Assembly (NCBI RefSeq): GCF_000372725.1 | Contig: NW_005201113.1 | Location: 190,763-254,762 of the forward strand | Length of the DNA stretch: 64,000 bases | Direction of reading: 5' to 3' | DNA from: Emiliania huxleyi CCMP1516 | Taxonomy: Eukaryota | Part shown: positions 33,338 through 47,616 of the stretch, piece after piece | Layout of the letters: every line of letters begins with the position of its first letter | Numbering within the stretch: position 1 is the first letter of the stretch | Made by a program: the position numbers and the translations under genes | The notes under the pieces: model-generated | The model's database searches: none | Told to the model about the DNA's origin: nothing | What the model saw: the letters and a program-made list of their open reading frames with translations, nothing else

Positions 33338-34656
33338 ATGACGGAGCCCGCAGACGCCTTCGAGTGGGACTTTGCCGATGAGCACCTCCTCGTCCTGCTC
33401 GCCCACCTCCCGACACAGCAGCTCCTCCGCTGCGCGCGCGTCAGCCGCCAGTTCCGCGCCATCGCCGGCGAGCTGATGCGGCGCGGCCTCTCTCCCGGCA
33501 GCGCTTGCCACGCGCACTGGGCGGCGGGGACGGTCGAGTGGGCCGCGGGCGAGGCGCTGGCCGTGGCGCGCGGCGAGGTGGAAGACCTCTCCTCGGAGGG
33601 CCCGCGCCGGCGCAAGGCCGGCGCCTCTGCCGCCGCCAAGGCGAGCATCGTCGTCGCGATGCTGCGGCTGGCGACGGCGCAGGCGTTCAAGGGGCTCGCC
33701 TGTGGCGCGGTGCCCGACGTCGCGTTTGTGTTTGCCACCGACAGCCTCTGTGCGTCCAAGGCCAAGACCTGCGACCTCGCGGATAGCCTCTCGCGGCTGC
33801 TGCCTCCGTCGACGCTAGTCATCGCAACGCGCTCCACCGGCGTCATCGGGCCTGCTCCGTGCGCCGCTGAGGCCTACGACGACGGAGCCGCGGGATGGGA
33901 CGCGCCCGCCGTCGAGATTGAGGACGGCCGCGCGCTGGTCGTACTGCTCGGCGCGCTGCCGGGACGGGAGGTGTCCTGGTTCGTCGGCCAGGCTTGCGGC
34001 ACTTTGACACGGCACGAGGGCGCGTGGTGGCAGCAGTCGCTGGCCGCCCCGCCGCCGCCGCCGCCAGCACGCACGCACGGCGATCCAACTCCACCCGGCC
34101 AGACACTTCGCGACTTCGTCGACGGCGGCGAGCCGGGGTGCGGCTTCGCCTGCCTCTCGACGAGCTGTGAGCGTGAACAGCGCCTCTTCACGCCTCCAGT
34201 GTGAACAGGCGCGGCTTCGTCTGCCTCTCGACGCCGCGCCTCGACAAGATGGAGAGGGACCTCTTCCACCCTCAAACCGGCGCCGTCGAGCAGTCCTCGC
34301 GCGGCGACGCGGGCTTCGCTCTCGCGGGCGGCGTGGCGGAGGTGGTGGCGTTGCGCGCGCCACGCCGCAGCGCGAGCTCGCTGGGCTCCTCCTCCTCCGC
34401 CGCCGCAGCCGACGGCGCGGTGGCAGTGAGCGCCCTGCTGCTCCGATTTTCCGCCGCCGAGGGCACCGCCGAAGAGGCGCGGCCGCAGTTCACCAGCGCG
34501 ACACTGCCGTCGGACTTGCTGGCATGCGCCCCTGCGCCGACTTGGGCAAGGTACGCGATGCCGAGAGACAGCCGATATTCCATACCGATATACAGCGGAG
34601 TTTACCCTCCCGCACCTTGCCTAGGTACGGCGTCAGCCCCGTCTCGGCGGCTTCGG
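33338..34656 (+). CDS. F-box + FIST-domain protein (FBXO22-like), runs into the gap
   Basis: DEHLLVLLAHLPTQQLLRCARVSRQFR; PDVAFVFAT...LVIATRSTGVIG...EIEDGRALVVLLGALPG; intron 34138-34208; LAGGVA. Confidence 0.7.
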
Positions 34657-34756
34657 NNNNNNNNNNNNNNNNNNNNNNNNNNNNNNNNNNNNNNNNNNNN
34701 NNNNNNNNNNNNNNNNNNNNNNNNNNNNNNNNNNNNNNNNNNNNNNNNNNNNNNNN
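34657..34756. other. Assembly gap (100 N); the right flank looks low-quality
   Basis: N run followed by homopolymer-rich sequence. Confidence 1.
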
Positions 34757-35795
34757 AGGTAGGGGGTAACCCCCTTTTGGGGGGTTTGGGGACTCGTCGG
34801 GGACGTCCGGAAAAGGAGCTTCCCCCGGACTCCGGGGGGAAGGCCCGCCCCCCTGGTTGTTAGGGGGGGGAATTTGGGGCAAAACCTCAAGGGGGCCCCG
34901 GTAACGCATTTGGCCGCCGCCGCCGGGCCGCCGCGGGGGCCGGGGTGCGCTATTGTTTTTGGGTGCAACGGCCGGGGTGGGATTTGATCCCCCTCCCCTG
35001 CATTGGGACCCCCCCCCCCCCCTGCAGCCCCCGCCGCCCCGCAGCCCGCCGGCTGCCCCCCCCCCCCCTGCCCGCCTCCTCCGCCGCCTCCACCGTCGCT
35101 CCCTCCTCCCTTGCCGCCGCCTCCGATGCCGCCCTCTCTCCCCTCCCGCAGGCGCGGACGGCCACCACGGAAGGCGCAACGTGGACGCGGGCGCCTTCGC
35201 GTCGCTGCTGCAGAGCGTGGCGGCCGGCGACACCGCCGAAGGCGCGCCGGCGCAGCGGCCGGTGGCAGGAATCATGGCAGGGGGCGAGTTTGGCCGGGAG
35301 GGGCCAGACTCGGACGATGAGGACTTTGCGTCTGGGGATGCGTCCGCTGGGCGCAATACCTTGGGGCTCGCGTTTTCGTGCGTCGGCGCGATGCTCAGCT
35401 GATTTCGGAGTGAGGCGTCGCCGTGGTCCGAGGCTGGGGCACTAGATGCGCGGCATGCGATGCAAGGGCGCGCCCAGGGCCGGGACCTTACGTGTGCTGA
35501 GTGACGACGCACGGACGCTGCCACACCTGGCGGCCAGCGCTCCGGGAGATGTCCGAACACCCCGAACGGCGAAGGCCGCGGCTGTCCGTTTTTTGTCGTG
35601 CGAATGCGTTGCGTATCTGCAAAAAAGGTCAGCTCTCTCCGCACGGACACCTCCTCCCACCATGGTCATGCACGCCCGGTTTCGTAGAGTGTCGGGGCAC
35701 CAAGTTCATGAGGCTCGCCTCACGACAAGACGCGTTGACGACACTCGACAGTACGGTACACCTCCCGCCCCCCGCTCCCCGGGGCGTCGCCTGCG

Positions 35796-37296
35796 CTACC
35801 GTCGCGCCGCGCCGCGCGCAGTGTAGACTCGCAAGCGGGTGAAGTTGAAGTACGCCTCCTCGGCGACGCCCGCGTCGCTCTCCCGCGCGTTGATGAAGGC
35901 GTTGCATGCCTGCCGTGCCCCCGACTGAGTCAGCTTGCCGACACCGCCGCTGCGCTCGCCGCCGAAGTCGCCCCACTTCGAGGCGCAGCTCTCGCCGAGC
36001 AGCTGCTGCATCCAGTTAAAGAGGAAGCCGCGCCCGACCCACCCGTCGTCGAACTGCCGCTCCCAGTCACCGCCCGCCCAGTCGCCGCAATACGCGATGT
36101 TGATCACCAGGTTGAGCGGCCTCAGCTGCTCCCTCGCAGTGGGGCAGCCCTGCAGCGGGTAGTAGGACCACATGCGGCCGACGTCCCACGTCGACGGCTC
36201 CGGGCTGCCCGCCGCCAGGTCGGCGGGCACCGCGCTGCGAGGAAAGTTCCACACCTTCATCGAACTGCTCGACCACTCAAAGACAAATGTGCCCGGCGCC
36301 GCGTTGATCTCTTTGGGGGTCGGCCAGGCGTCGTACCGATTGGGCGCGCATCCGTAGCGCGGCCCGGCCCACGGATGTGGGAAGAGGGAGTCGGTGGCGG
36401 CGGGGAAGTACTCTGTGGCGCAGTCAAAGCCCATCCCATTCTTGTCGAGGAAGGGTCCGCACTCCTGCACCGCCGTCGCGTTGAGCCGGCACTGCGCATC
36501 GGCGCCAAAGTGGAGGCTGCGGGAGAGAGCGGGGGCAAGCCATTACGCGAACTATACGCGGACGAGCCGACCCACGCTACCGATGGCCGAACGTCTGCGT
36601 GATGGGCGGACCGGCAGAGGGAAGGCTAGGACGCACGCACGTGCGGGCGAGCCGAGCCACTAGACACGCCGCGCACCTGGTCTTGGAGAAGAACTCGTTT
36701 GCAAACTCGAGCAGGTCGATCTCGCCGTTCTGAGGCCACGGTCCGCACCGCCCGTCGGCGGCGTCGGCGAGGTCCGAGCCGTCGCAATACATCCACAGCG
36801 CGGGCCAGACGCCGCAGCCGTGCGGCACGTGCGTGTAGCCCACCTCGAGAAGGAAGCCCTGCTCGCGCCCGTCCCACGCGTCGCGCGAGTGGATCCGCAC
36901 GCTCCGCCGCAGCGGATTGCTCGCGTCGCTCGCGTCGCGCGTCCCGCCCCGCAGCACCGCCCACCCGTCGCCCTCCTCAAGGAGACCGCTCTCGAGCGCG
37001 TCGGCGTGCGAGAGGTAACTCGTCGGTCCGCCGGTCGGGTCGGGCAGCGTGAAGTACTGCCACTGCGCCTCGTCGAAGAAGGAGCCGCCGCCGCCGAAAA
37101 AGTCATGCGACAGCTCGTAAGCCGCCGCGCTGCCCGGGCAGTTCCCGGTGTGACGCGGGTGGAATGGCGGCAGCGAGCCGGTGCCGGCGAGGAGCGTCCC
37201 GCCGACGCCGACGAGCGCTGCTGCCGCGATGCATCGCATCGGCCAATGCGGCTGCGGCGTCGCCTTCTCCGCGGTGAGGAGCTTCTCCGTCTGCAT
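35796..37296 (-). CDS. GH16 beta-1,3-glucanase (Lam16A-like) with N-terminal membrane anchor
   Basis: RRSVRIHS...PHGCGVWPALW...WPQNGEIDLLE (EIDxxE). Intron 36517-36676 joins KTS|LHFG. Also MKVWNFPR and NIAYCGDWAG. Confidence 0.9.
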
Positions 37297-37804
37297 GCCT
37301 CGTGTAGTGAGGCCGGCTTATCTCGCACAGACGAAAAGAATTCTTGGAGGCCCACCTCCAACGCTGATACAAGAAAAAACCCATGCCGTGCCGTGCCCAG
37401 ACCGGAAACTCGAGCGAGCCCAAGCAGCGCCGGGACGCTCCTCTCCACCGTGATGCTCCTCGCCATCGTCGTCACCACGACGTGGCTGCGGACGGGCGTC
37501 GCCCACGACATCGTGCGCCCGCTCTCCAACGTCGCCGAGATCCCTGCCTCGCCTGCCAGGAGCGGCGTCGAGCTCATTGCTGGGCAGGTGCGCGGGTAGA
37601 GCTCTCCACTATACTCTGCCGCGATCCCGGCTGCTGCGAGCACGGCGCCGCCCGGTGCGCGCGAAATGACCCCTGCCGTTCCCGCGCGCACGCAGGTCGC
37701 CGAGGAGGACGTCGAGTGCCAATGCGCAAGCACGACAAATGTGCGCGCGTCCGCCGCCGCCATGCAGCCCCGCCCCTTCCCGCCGTCGATTTCGTCGCCG
37801 TCCG

Positions 37805-38145
37805 AAGCGACTCCCGCGAGGACGGCGAGGCACTTAGCTCCGTGCACTCGACCGCCCTCGCCGCTGGCAAGCTCATTCACAATCTGCTCTGCGATGGCCG
37901 TGTGAAGAACGACTGAGATGCGCTGCTTCTGCAGCCCCAGCCAGCTCTTGGTGGTCCAAGTCACCTCATCGAGAGGTACTGCGCCCGCGTCAGCTTGTTC
38001 TGCAGCACGTTCGCCGCCCCCCAGAGGTTCTCGCCGACCCCCCCTTCCCAAACCCACCGAACGACTCGAACAGCAGCAGCCGCACGTCGACGTCCTTGTC
38101 CTCCCTGGCGTAGCGATACTCGCCGCCATAGGACGGTATGCGGCG
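37805..38145 (-). mobile_element. 3' end of a non-LTR retrotransposon with a restriction-like endonuclease domain (CRE-like)
   Basis: DVRLLLFESFGGFG...WTTKSWLGLQKQRISVVLHTAIAEQI, followed by the shared stem-loop repeat. Confidence 0.6.
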
Positions 38146-38369
38146 ATCGCCGACCACTACCCTGCCCCCCCTAGTATGCCATCGACCAGTCCCCTGCCCC
38201 CTCTCGCCCTTGCTCTTCCTCTCTCCCTCCATTCCCTCGCCCCCATACCCCTCACACTCCCCTCCCTCCCCCTCCCCCTCCCCCTCGCCTCCCTCTCCCT
38301 CCTCGCGGTAGGGCCCATACGAGAGGGAGAGCCTGACATGTCTCGGAAGTGTCTCGGAAGTGTCTCGGA

Positions 38370-38965
38370 AGTGTCAGCGAGACGGCGTACGAGAGGGAGA
38401 GCCCCGCCAGCCCCGCCGCCATGGCTGCGCCGCCGCCACCCGACGCGTGCGCCGCCGCGTGCAGCCCGACGGCGAGGGCGGCCACGCCAGCGATGATGGC
38501 GTTGCCGATGGCCTCAAGCCGCACCGAGAGCCACCGGTTCGCCGCCGCCGTCGCGCGAAGCCAACCTTGATGTTTGCGTCGAGCCGCTGCCGCGCCTCGA
38601 GCCCGAAGCGGCGGGTCGCGCCAAAGGCGACGATGGAGGTCGCGCCCTGCAGCGCCTCGGAGAAGGCGGCGTAGATGGGCGACTTTGAGACGGAGTCGAT
38701 CCGCTGCAGCTCGCGCGACGAGGCGCGGTAGTACCTCGCGACGACGAGGTACGCGACGCCGAGCGGGGGGAGGCCGAAGGAGATCTGCCACGCGTTTGCG
38801 ACGACGAGGAGGAGAGTGCCGATCAGGTTGAAGACGCAGAGGCCGAGTGCCTGCGGGGGGCGTGCCGGGGAGGGTCGGGCGGGGCTGCAGGGATTACGCG
38901 CCACCCCTCCTCCAGGCCGATCGCGCCTGCGTCGTCATCCGCAGCTGCACGTCCACCACCTGCAG
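38370..38965 (-). pseudogene. ABCC/MRP transporter TMD2 fragment, frameshifted
   Basis: LQVVDVQLR; YYRASSRELQRIDSVSKSPIYAAFSEALQGATSI; frameshift near 38550; ANRWLSVRLEAIG...AGLSLSYAVSLT. Confidence 0.8.
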
Positions 38966-39090
38966 GAAGGTTGGTTTGAGAAAGAATCGTGTGGGGGTGG
39001 GGCGAGGTGGGGGGATGCCTGTGGACCGATCATCCGTCCCTTCCTCTCTAGATACACGGCGGCGAGAATCGGCGAGCCAGGGACGACAAA

Positions 39091-41637
<2,547 letters not shown>

Positions 41638-41849
41638 AGCGTGCTGTGTTAGTTACGAGATACATGTACATGTGCATGGTCGTTGAAAACAAACGTGCGA
41701 CACTCGCGAAACCACATGCACATATGTAAGCGCGCTCTCTGCACTCTGGCTTCGCCGGCCTTTCTGTGTGCTTTCTCGCGTGTCGCCGCGAGAGCGGAGA
41801 GGTCGCTCTCTTGACCAATGCGGGCCCGGCCACACGCTAACGCTCGTGC

Positions 41850-42870
41850 TCCGCTCGCCGTCGCGCCTCCTCTCTGGGTGCACTCCTCCGCTCCGCATCG
41901 CGCCGCCGTGCACTAGAGCCGCCCGAAGCGGCGCTCGAGAGCCGCCTCTCGCTTGGCCTCGACCGCCTTCTTGCCGCCCGCGCGCCCGGCGTCGGCTGCG
42001 GCCTCGCGCGTCCCCTCCGCCGCCGCCCTCGCCGCCTTGGCCGCCCTCTTGCTCGCCCCCTCGCTCGCGGCGGCCGCCGCCTATGGGAGAGCGCAGGCAA
42101 GCAGCGCCATACGCGTGCGCTCGAACTCTAGCGCAAGCCCGCGCAACGCGAGGCACCTTGCTCGCAGAAACCGCCGCCTTGCCGGCGCCCTCGGCCGCGG
42201 CGCTCGTCTCCGCTGCCGCCTTGGCCGCCGCCGCCGCCGCCGCCCGCCCCGTCTCCTTGCTCGCCTCTGCGGCCGCCCGCTTCGCCTCGGCCGCCGCCTG
42301 GCCCGTCCCCTGTGCAACCGCAGCCGCCGTCTCCGCGGCCGTCTTGCTCGCCTCCTTGCCTGCGGCCGCCGCACGGGCCGCCGCCTCCGCCACCGATCGG
42401 CTCGTCTCCAGCCTCGCAGCCCGGCTCGCACTGCCCGCGGAAGACAGCGCCCCCCGCATCTCCGCCCGCACCGCCGCCGCCGCCTCCCTCAGCCCGCTCT
42501 GGCCCGCGCCCGCCATCAGCGCGCCTGGCGGCTCGACGCCAGGAGTGGAGAGGTAAGCCACCGCTGCGGCGGCGGCCACCGCCACGACGTACTTGATGCC
42601 GTCGTCGTCGCCCTCCGTACCCTTCGTCGCAAGTGCCGCCACAGCCGCGCTCTCATCCGCCGCCCCCACCTCCGCCCTCGCCTCCGCCTCCCGCCCCGCG
42701 CTCCCCTCGCCCGGCTCCCGCTCCGCAGCCGCCTCCGCCGCTCGCCGCTCCTCCGCCGCCCGCGCCTCCGCCAAAGCCTTGTACTCCTCCTCTGCCGCCG
42801 TCGCCGCTGCCTCGCGGGCCGCCGCAGCCGCAGCCTCGTCCGCCTTCGCCCGTTCTGACACAAACTGCAA
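41850..42870 (-). CDS. Ala/Glu/Lys-rich low-complexity protein with one hydrophobic segment (partial)
   Basis: Long A/E/K helical ORF with [16 protein letters not shown]. Probable intron near 42080-42157. Confidence 0.35.
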
Positions 42871-42927
42871 CTTTCAACTTCGAGTCCAAGTTCGCCTGTT
42901 CTGACAATCTGTTCTGACAATTTAAAA

Positions 42928-43125
42928 GAGGAGGAGCAGCTGCTGCCCAAGAAGATCGAGGCCTTTGCTGGCCGGCGCGTCGTTGCCGTGTGGGCGGGAT
43001 GCGACCACAGCCTCGCCCTCACCGCCGACGGAGCCATCTGGAGCTGGGGCGATGGAGATGATGGCGAGTTGGGCCACGGTGACGAGGAGGATCAGCTGCT
43101 GCCTAAGAAGATCGAGGCGTGGCCG
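42928..43125 (+). pseudogene. 5'-truncated RCC1-repeat fragment
   Basis: EEQLLPKKIEAFAGRRVVAVWAGCDHSLALTADGAIWSWGDGDDGELGHGDEEDQLLPKKIEAW. Confidence 0.8.
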
Positions 43126-43332
43126 CCCACGCCCGCATACTTGGAACGACTGAAAACCGCAAATCTTTGCAGGGCGCGGGGAGAAACGCACGTCACTGCC
43201 GGGGAGGTTCGTTTCCAGTTATCGCTATCGTCATTCGGCGGTCCAAATGCATGCAGAGCCGGATACGGGAAAGGTTATTATGAAGGTCCAAGCGAAGGTT
43301 ATAACGTAAGTAAAGCCGCACAGGGGAGGGAA

Positions 43333-44222
43333 CTCTGGGGGGGCGCGGGGGCCCTAGAGGGTATCCAAGCGGGGGGGAGATGGGGTCCCATGGCCCGCCG
43401 CAGGCGCCGATTTTTTGGAATTTTCTTTTTTGCGCATTTTCACTTGTTTTCATTGGAATTCGGCGTACTTGCGGCCATGCTATCACGCCTTGCGACAGCC
43501 TGTCGGCGCTGATCACCTGCATAGCTCGCGGCCTTAGTATCAAGCATTCAGTGACGACCTGATCGTACGGCCAGTAGGAAGGTGTCCTTCCAGCTGCGTG
43601 CACGCTTCTGGCGCAATGCGCGTCGCCTCGGATTGGCTGCTGGCACTCTTGAGGCTATGCCTACACAGCCTCGCGCGCATGGGCAGTCAAGAGGGACCAT
43701 GCACCTTCTCAGGACAGCGCCAGTGCCTCTCTCTTGGACCCTCCGGCAAACGTGGTGGTCTCGTGTTACCAATGTGGGACCAGTGCGGCATCGCGCCATC
43801 GACAGCTCTGAACTGCGCCTCACCACTGACCGGGAAGGCCGCCAAGTGGGCCAGCACCGGTCGCACATTGTGGCAGCAGTCAGCAGTGCATGTCTGATAG
43901 CTAGAGCAGCAGCGTCAGGGTCTCGCAGGGTCGGATCGTGTCAAGCCTCTCGCCCGGCCGGCCGCGTGCAGACGTCGGCCCCTGTCTGCTGTCTGGAGTG
44001 ATCTGTCGGCGGTCAGTACGACCAATCAGGTCGGAGTTTTCTGATGGTTGGAGGGTCTATCTGTATGTACTCCTCGAGATCTCTCCGAATCTGCCCTCTA
44101 CTCAACCATACTCATTCGGGAAGTTGGTGCTAGTAGAGACTAGTACTCTGCCGGAGCTCCCCGTTTCCGCACTGTGCTGCGCGGCGCACGGTGCCTCCGG
44201 GGGCCCCCGCGCCCCCCCAGAG
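43333..44222. mobile_element. Non-autonomous DNA transposon (MITE), 890 bp, 22-bp TIRs, 8-bp TSD
   Basis: TIR CTCTGGGGGGGCGCGGGGGCCC at 43333-43354 and its reverse complement at 44201-44222. GGAGGGAA at both 43325-43332 and 44223-44230. Confidence 0.88.
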
Positions 44223-44478
44223 GGAGGGAACGGTATTAGGATTTGGTATTACGTACACATCACTGTAGGTGAGCATGTAAACCTTCACAAACAAAATAAG
44301 AACGTACTGTGGCGACTGTACACACAAGACTCAGCGGACTGAGTACTAGGAACTACAAAGACAAACATGGTCCATGCACTTGCAGACGCAAAGCTCACCG
44401 TGAAATCGACTGCACCTCCGCGAAGTACAACTGGCGAGCTGAGTGCAGTGCGAAAAGCACTTGGAAAAGCGCAGCAGA

Positions 44479-47400
44479 TTACTCGATCAGAAAGCCGTCG
44501 TGCCGATGCTCTACTGCCTGCAGCAGCTTCGCCTGCAGTTGTTGACGGGTCGCATACGGCGGCAAGTGCACCTCGTGTGTGCAGGTGTGGACGTTGGGCA
44601 AGTCGTGCACGTCGGCGCCCTCGTAGAGCTTGAGGGTGATCGGGTCCTTGAGGCCGCCGCAGGGCAGCGCCGTGAGCGCCGTGCTCCACTCGAGCAGCCG
44701 CATCCGCCCGAGACTGCCCAGCCCCGTCTCGGGTGACTCGTCGAGGATGATCTCGCGCAAGTAGCGCGGCGCGTCGGAGCCGGCGGCCGCGAAGCCCGCC
44801 TTCGCCGCGGCACTGTCCGACGTGTCCGGCCACGCGAAGCACGCGAGCAGCTCCTCGCAGCTCAGCTCGGTGTTTCCGCGCAGCATGAGTAGCAGCTCGG
44901 AGGCGCTGAGCGCGCCGAGCTGCTCCCGGAGGTCCACGACCTCCGTGAAACCGTCGCGCAGCGCGCGGAGGCTCGCCTCCCGGCTGACGAGCAGCTTGTG
45001 GCGGCAGCCGGCCAGCACCGCCCGCTCCATCGCCGCGCTCTCCGGCGGCACCTCCTCCGCCGCCGCGTCCTCGTCGAAGAAGTCGAGCGTCAAGCCGGCG
45101 GTCGGCTGCACGAGCAGCTGCGCCCACCGCTGCGAGAGCTCGGGGTCGAAGTCGGAGAGCGCGGCTAGCGCGGAGTGCACATCCTTGAAGACGCGCCACT
45201 CGTGCGTGTCTGCCAGAAACTCGAAGACGAAACGACCGAGCCCGCGGCCGAGGGGCTGGTCGTCGAGCACGCACCGGCACATGATGCGGCCGATGTTGTT
45301 CATCGACTGCAGGTCGGCGGTGGGCGAGGGCAGCAGCCCGATGCTCGTCGACGCATCGTCGCCGGCGCCCTCGAAGAGGCCGGAGCCGGCGAGCAGCACC
45401 TCGCGGAAGAAGCAAGAGTAGAGCTCGACAGTCAGACCGCCGAGGTCCTCCCCCTCCTCCTCGCCGCCGTGCGCGTCGATGAATGTCACCTCGGTGCGCT
45501 GGAAGAGCTTCTGTCTGGCGTTCGTGGGCGAGAAGTACTCGATGACGTCGCGGCAAAGCTGGTTGCGCCGCACCTTCAGTCTCCACGGTTTGCTGCGCGC
45601 CGTCTTTGATGGCAAGTACTCCAGCAACATCTCGACGTACTGACGGAAGGCGACGAAGCGCCGGAGGAAGGCGCCCTCGTCGAGCTCGTTGGACGTCGCC
45701 ACGATCGTCAGCTGCTGCTGGAGCTCCTGCTCGCGCTGGTGGGAGGCCTGCGCACGCCGTTCTGCCTCCTGTCGCTGCTCCTGCTCCTGCTGTGCCCGCT
45801 GCTCGGCACGCTGGCGAGCCCGCTCAGCCTCGGCGAGCTCAGCTACTGGTGGCGGTATCGGTGGCGGCGCTGGATCGGCGGGGGCGAAGGCGCCGAGGTC
45901 GCCGAGCAAGCGGCGAACAGTCAAAGAGACGGATGCGTGGCAGGTAGGGTGGGCGGTGCCAGCTGCAACGAGGGCGGCAAGGCCACCCGCGCCAAGAATG
46001 GCTAGCTTGCACGCGTCGCTGCCGACAGCCATGTTCTGCAGCGCGCCGCAGCCATACCGCTGCAGCTCCACATCAGCAGCGTGCCTGCCCATCGCCGCCA
46101 CCACAGCTGCAAGCCCGCCCGCGTCCACCACCGCCTGCTTGCACGCGTCGCTGCCCAAAGCCATGTTCCGCTGCGCGCCGCAGCCCAACCTTTGCAGCTC
46201 TGCGTCCGCATCGTGCCTGCCCATCGCCGCCACCACAGCCGCAGCCCCGCGCGCGTCCACCACCGCCTGCCTGCGCGCGTCGCTGCCGCCAGCCATGTTC
46301 AGCAGCGCGCCGCAGCCAGCCCACTGCAGCTGCACATCTGCAGCGTGCCTGCCCATCGCCGCCACTACAGCCGCAAGTCCGCCCGCATCCACGACGGCCT
46401 GCTTGCACGCGTCGCTGCCGATGGCCATGTTGCGCAGCGCGTCGCAGCCCAACCTTTGCAGCTCTACGTCCGCATCGTGCCCGTCCATCGCCGCCACCAC
46501 AGCCGCAGCCCCGCCCGCGTCCACCACCGCCTGCTTGCACGCGTCGCCGCCAGCCATGTTCAGCAGCGCGCCGCAGCCAGCCCACTGCAGCTGCACATCT
46601 GCAGCGTGCCTGCCCATCGCCGCCACCACAGCTGCAAGCCCGCCCGCGTCCAAAACCGCCTGCTTGCGCGCGCCGCTGCCGACAGCCATGTTGCGCAGCG
46701 CGCCGCAGCCAGCCCACTGCAGCTGCACATCTGCAGCGTGCCTGCCCATCGCCGCCACCACAGCCGCAGCCCCGCCCGCGTCCACCACGGCCTGGATGCA
46801 CGCGTCGCTGCCGAAAACCATATTGCGCAGCGCGCCGCAGCCAGCCCGCTGCAGCTCCACATCTGCAGCGTGCCCGACCATCGCCGCCACCACAGCTGCA
46901 AGCCCGCCCGCGTCCAAAACCGCCTGTTTGCGCGCGTCGCTGCCGCCAGCCATGTTCAGCAGCGCGCCGCAGCCATTCCGCTGCAGCTCCACATCTGCAG
47001 CGTGCCTGCCCATGGCCGCCACCACAGCCGCAGCCCCGCCCGCGTCCACCACCGCCTGCTTGCACGCGTCGCTGCCGAAAGCCATGTTCTGCAGCGCGCC
47101 GCAGCCAGCCCACTGCAGCTGCACATCTGCAGCGTGCCTGCCCATCGCCGCCACCACAGCTGCAAGCCCGCCCGCGTCCACCACCGCCTGCCTGCGCGCG
47201 TCGCTGCCCGAAGCCAAAATGTTCATCGTGAGGCAGCCATACCGCTGCAGCTCCACATCAGCAGCGTGCCTGCCCATCGCCGCCACCACAGCTGCAAGCC
47301 CGCGCGCGTCCACCACCGCCTGCTTGCGCGCGTCGCTGCCGGCAGCCATGTTCCACAGCACGTCGCAGCCAGCCCGCTGCAGCAAAAGATCTGCGGGGTG

Positions 47401-47616
47401 ACCGACCATCGCCGCCACCACAGCCGCAAGCCCGCCCGCATCCACCATCGCCTGCCTGCACGCATACCTGCCTGCACGCATGTTGTTGCGCAGCGTGAGG
47501 CAGCCGTCCCGCTGAAGCTCAACATCAGCAGCGTGTTCGCGCATATTTGCCACGACAGCCTCAACAGCCTCAGCCCCCGTGCACCATACCCACGAGTCCG
47601 CCATTGCCAAGGCCAT
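44479..47616 (-). CDS. Armadillo-repeat HECT E3 ubiquitin ligase
   Basis: About 12 near-identical 44-aa ARM repeats and a coiled coil, then HECT: LKVRRNQL...VTFI...EEGEDLGGLTVE...LPNVHTCTHEVHLPPY...GFLIE. Intronless. Confidence 0.92.
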   Translation of the reverse strand: MALAMADSWVWCTGAEAVEAVVANMREHAADVELQRDGCLTLRNNMRAGRYACRQAMVDAGGLAAVVAAMVGHPADLLLQRAGCDVLWNMAAGSDARKQAVVDARGLAAVVAAMGRHAADVELQRYGCLTMNILASGSDARRQAVVDAGGLAAVVAAMGRHAADVQLQWAGCGALQNMAFGSDACKQAVVDAGGAAAVVAAMGRHAADVELQRNGCGALLNMAGGSDARKQAVLDAGGLAAVVAAMVGHAADVELQRAGCGALRNMVFGSDACIQAVVDAGGAAAVVAAMGRHAADVQLQWAGCGALRNMAVGSGARKQAVLDAGGLAAVVAAMGRHAADVQLQWAGCGALLNMAGGDACKQAVVDAGGAAAVVAAMDGHDADVELQRLGCDALRNMAIGSDACKQAVVDAGGLAAVVAAMGRHAADVQLQWAGCGALLNMAGGSDARRQAVVDARGAAAVVAAMGRHDADAELQRLGCGAQRNMALGSDACKQAVVDAGGLAAVVAAMGRHAADVELQRYGCGALQNMAVGSDACKLAILGAGGLAALVAAGTAHPTCHASVSLTVRRLLGDLGAFAPADPAPPPIPPPVAELAEAERARQRAEQRAQQEQEQRQEAERRAQASHQREQELQQQLTIVATSNELDEGAFLRRFVAFRQYVEMLLEYLPSKTARSKPWRLKVRRNQLCRDVIEYFSPTNARQKLFQRTEVTFIDAHGGEEEGEDLGGLTVELYSCFFREVLLAGSGLFEGAGDDASTSIGLLPSPTADLQSMNNIGRIMCRCVLDDQPLGRGLGRFVFEFLADTHEWRVFKDVHSALAALSDFDPELSQRWAQLLVQPTAGLTLDFFDEDAAAEEVPPESAAMERAVLAGCRHKLLVSREASLRALRDGFTEVVDLREQLGALSASELLLMLRGNTELSCEELLACFAWPDTSDSAAAKAGFAAAGSDAPRYLREIILDESPETGLGSLGRMRLLEWSTALTALPCGGLKDPITLKLYEGADVHDLPNVHTCTHEVHLPPYATRQQLQAKLLQAVEHRHDGFLIE

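Noticed and set aside
34757..35075. tRNA-B-box-like and G/C-run sequence next to the gap
   Set aside because: Looks like low-quality contig-end sequence; no cloverleaf could be built.
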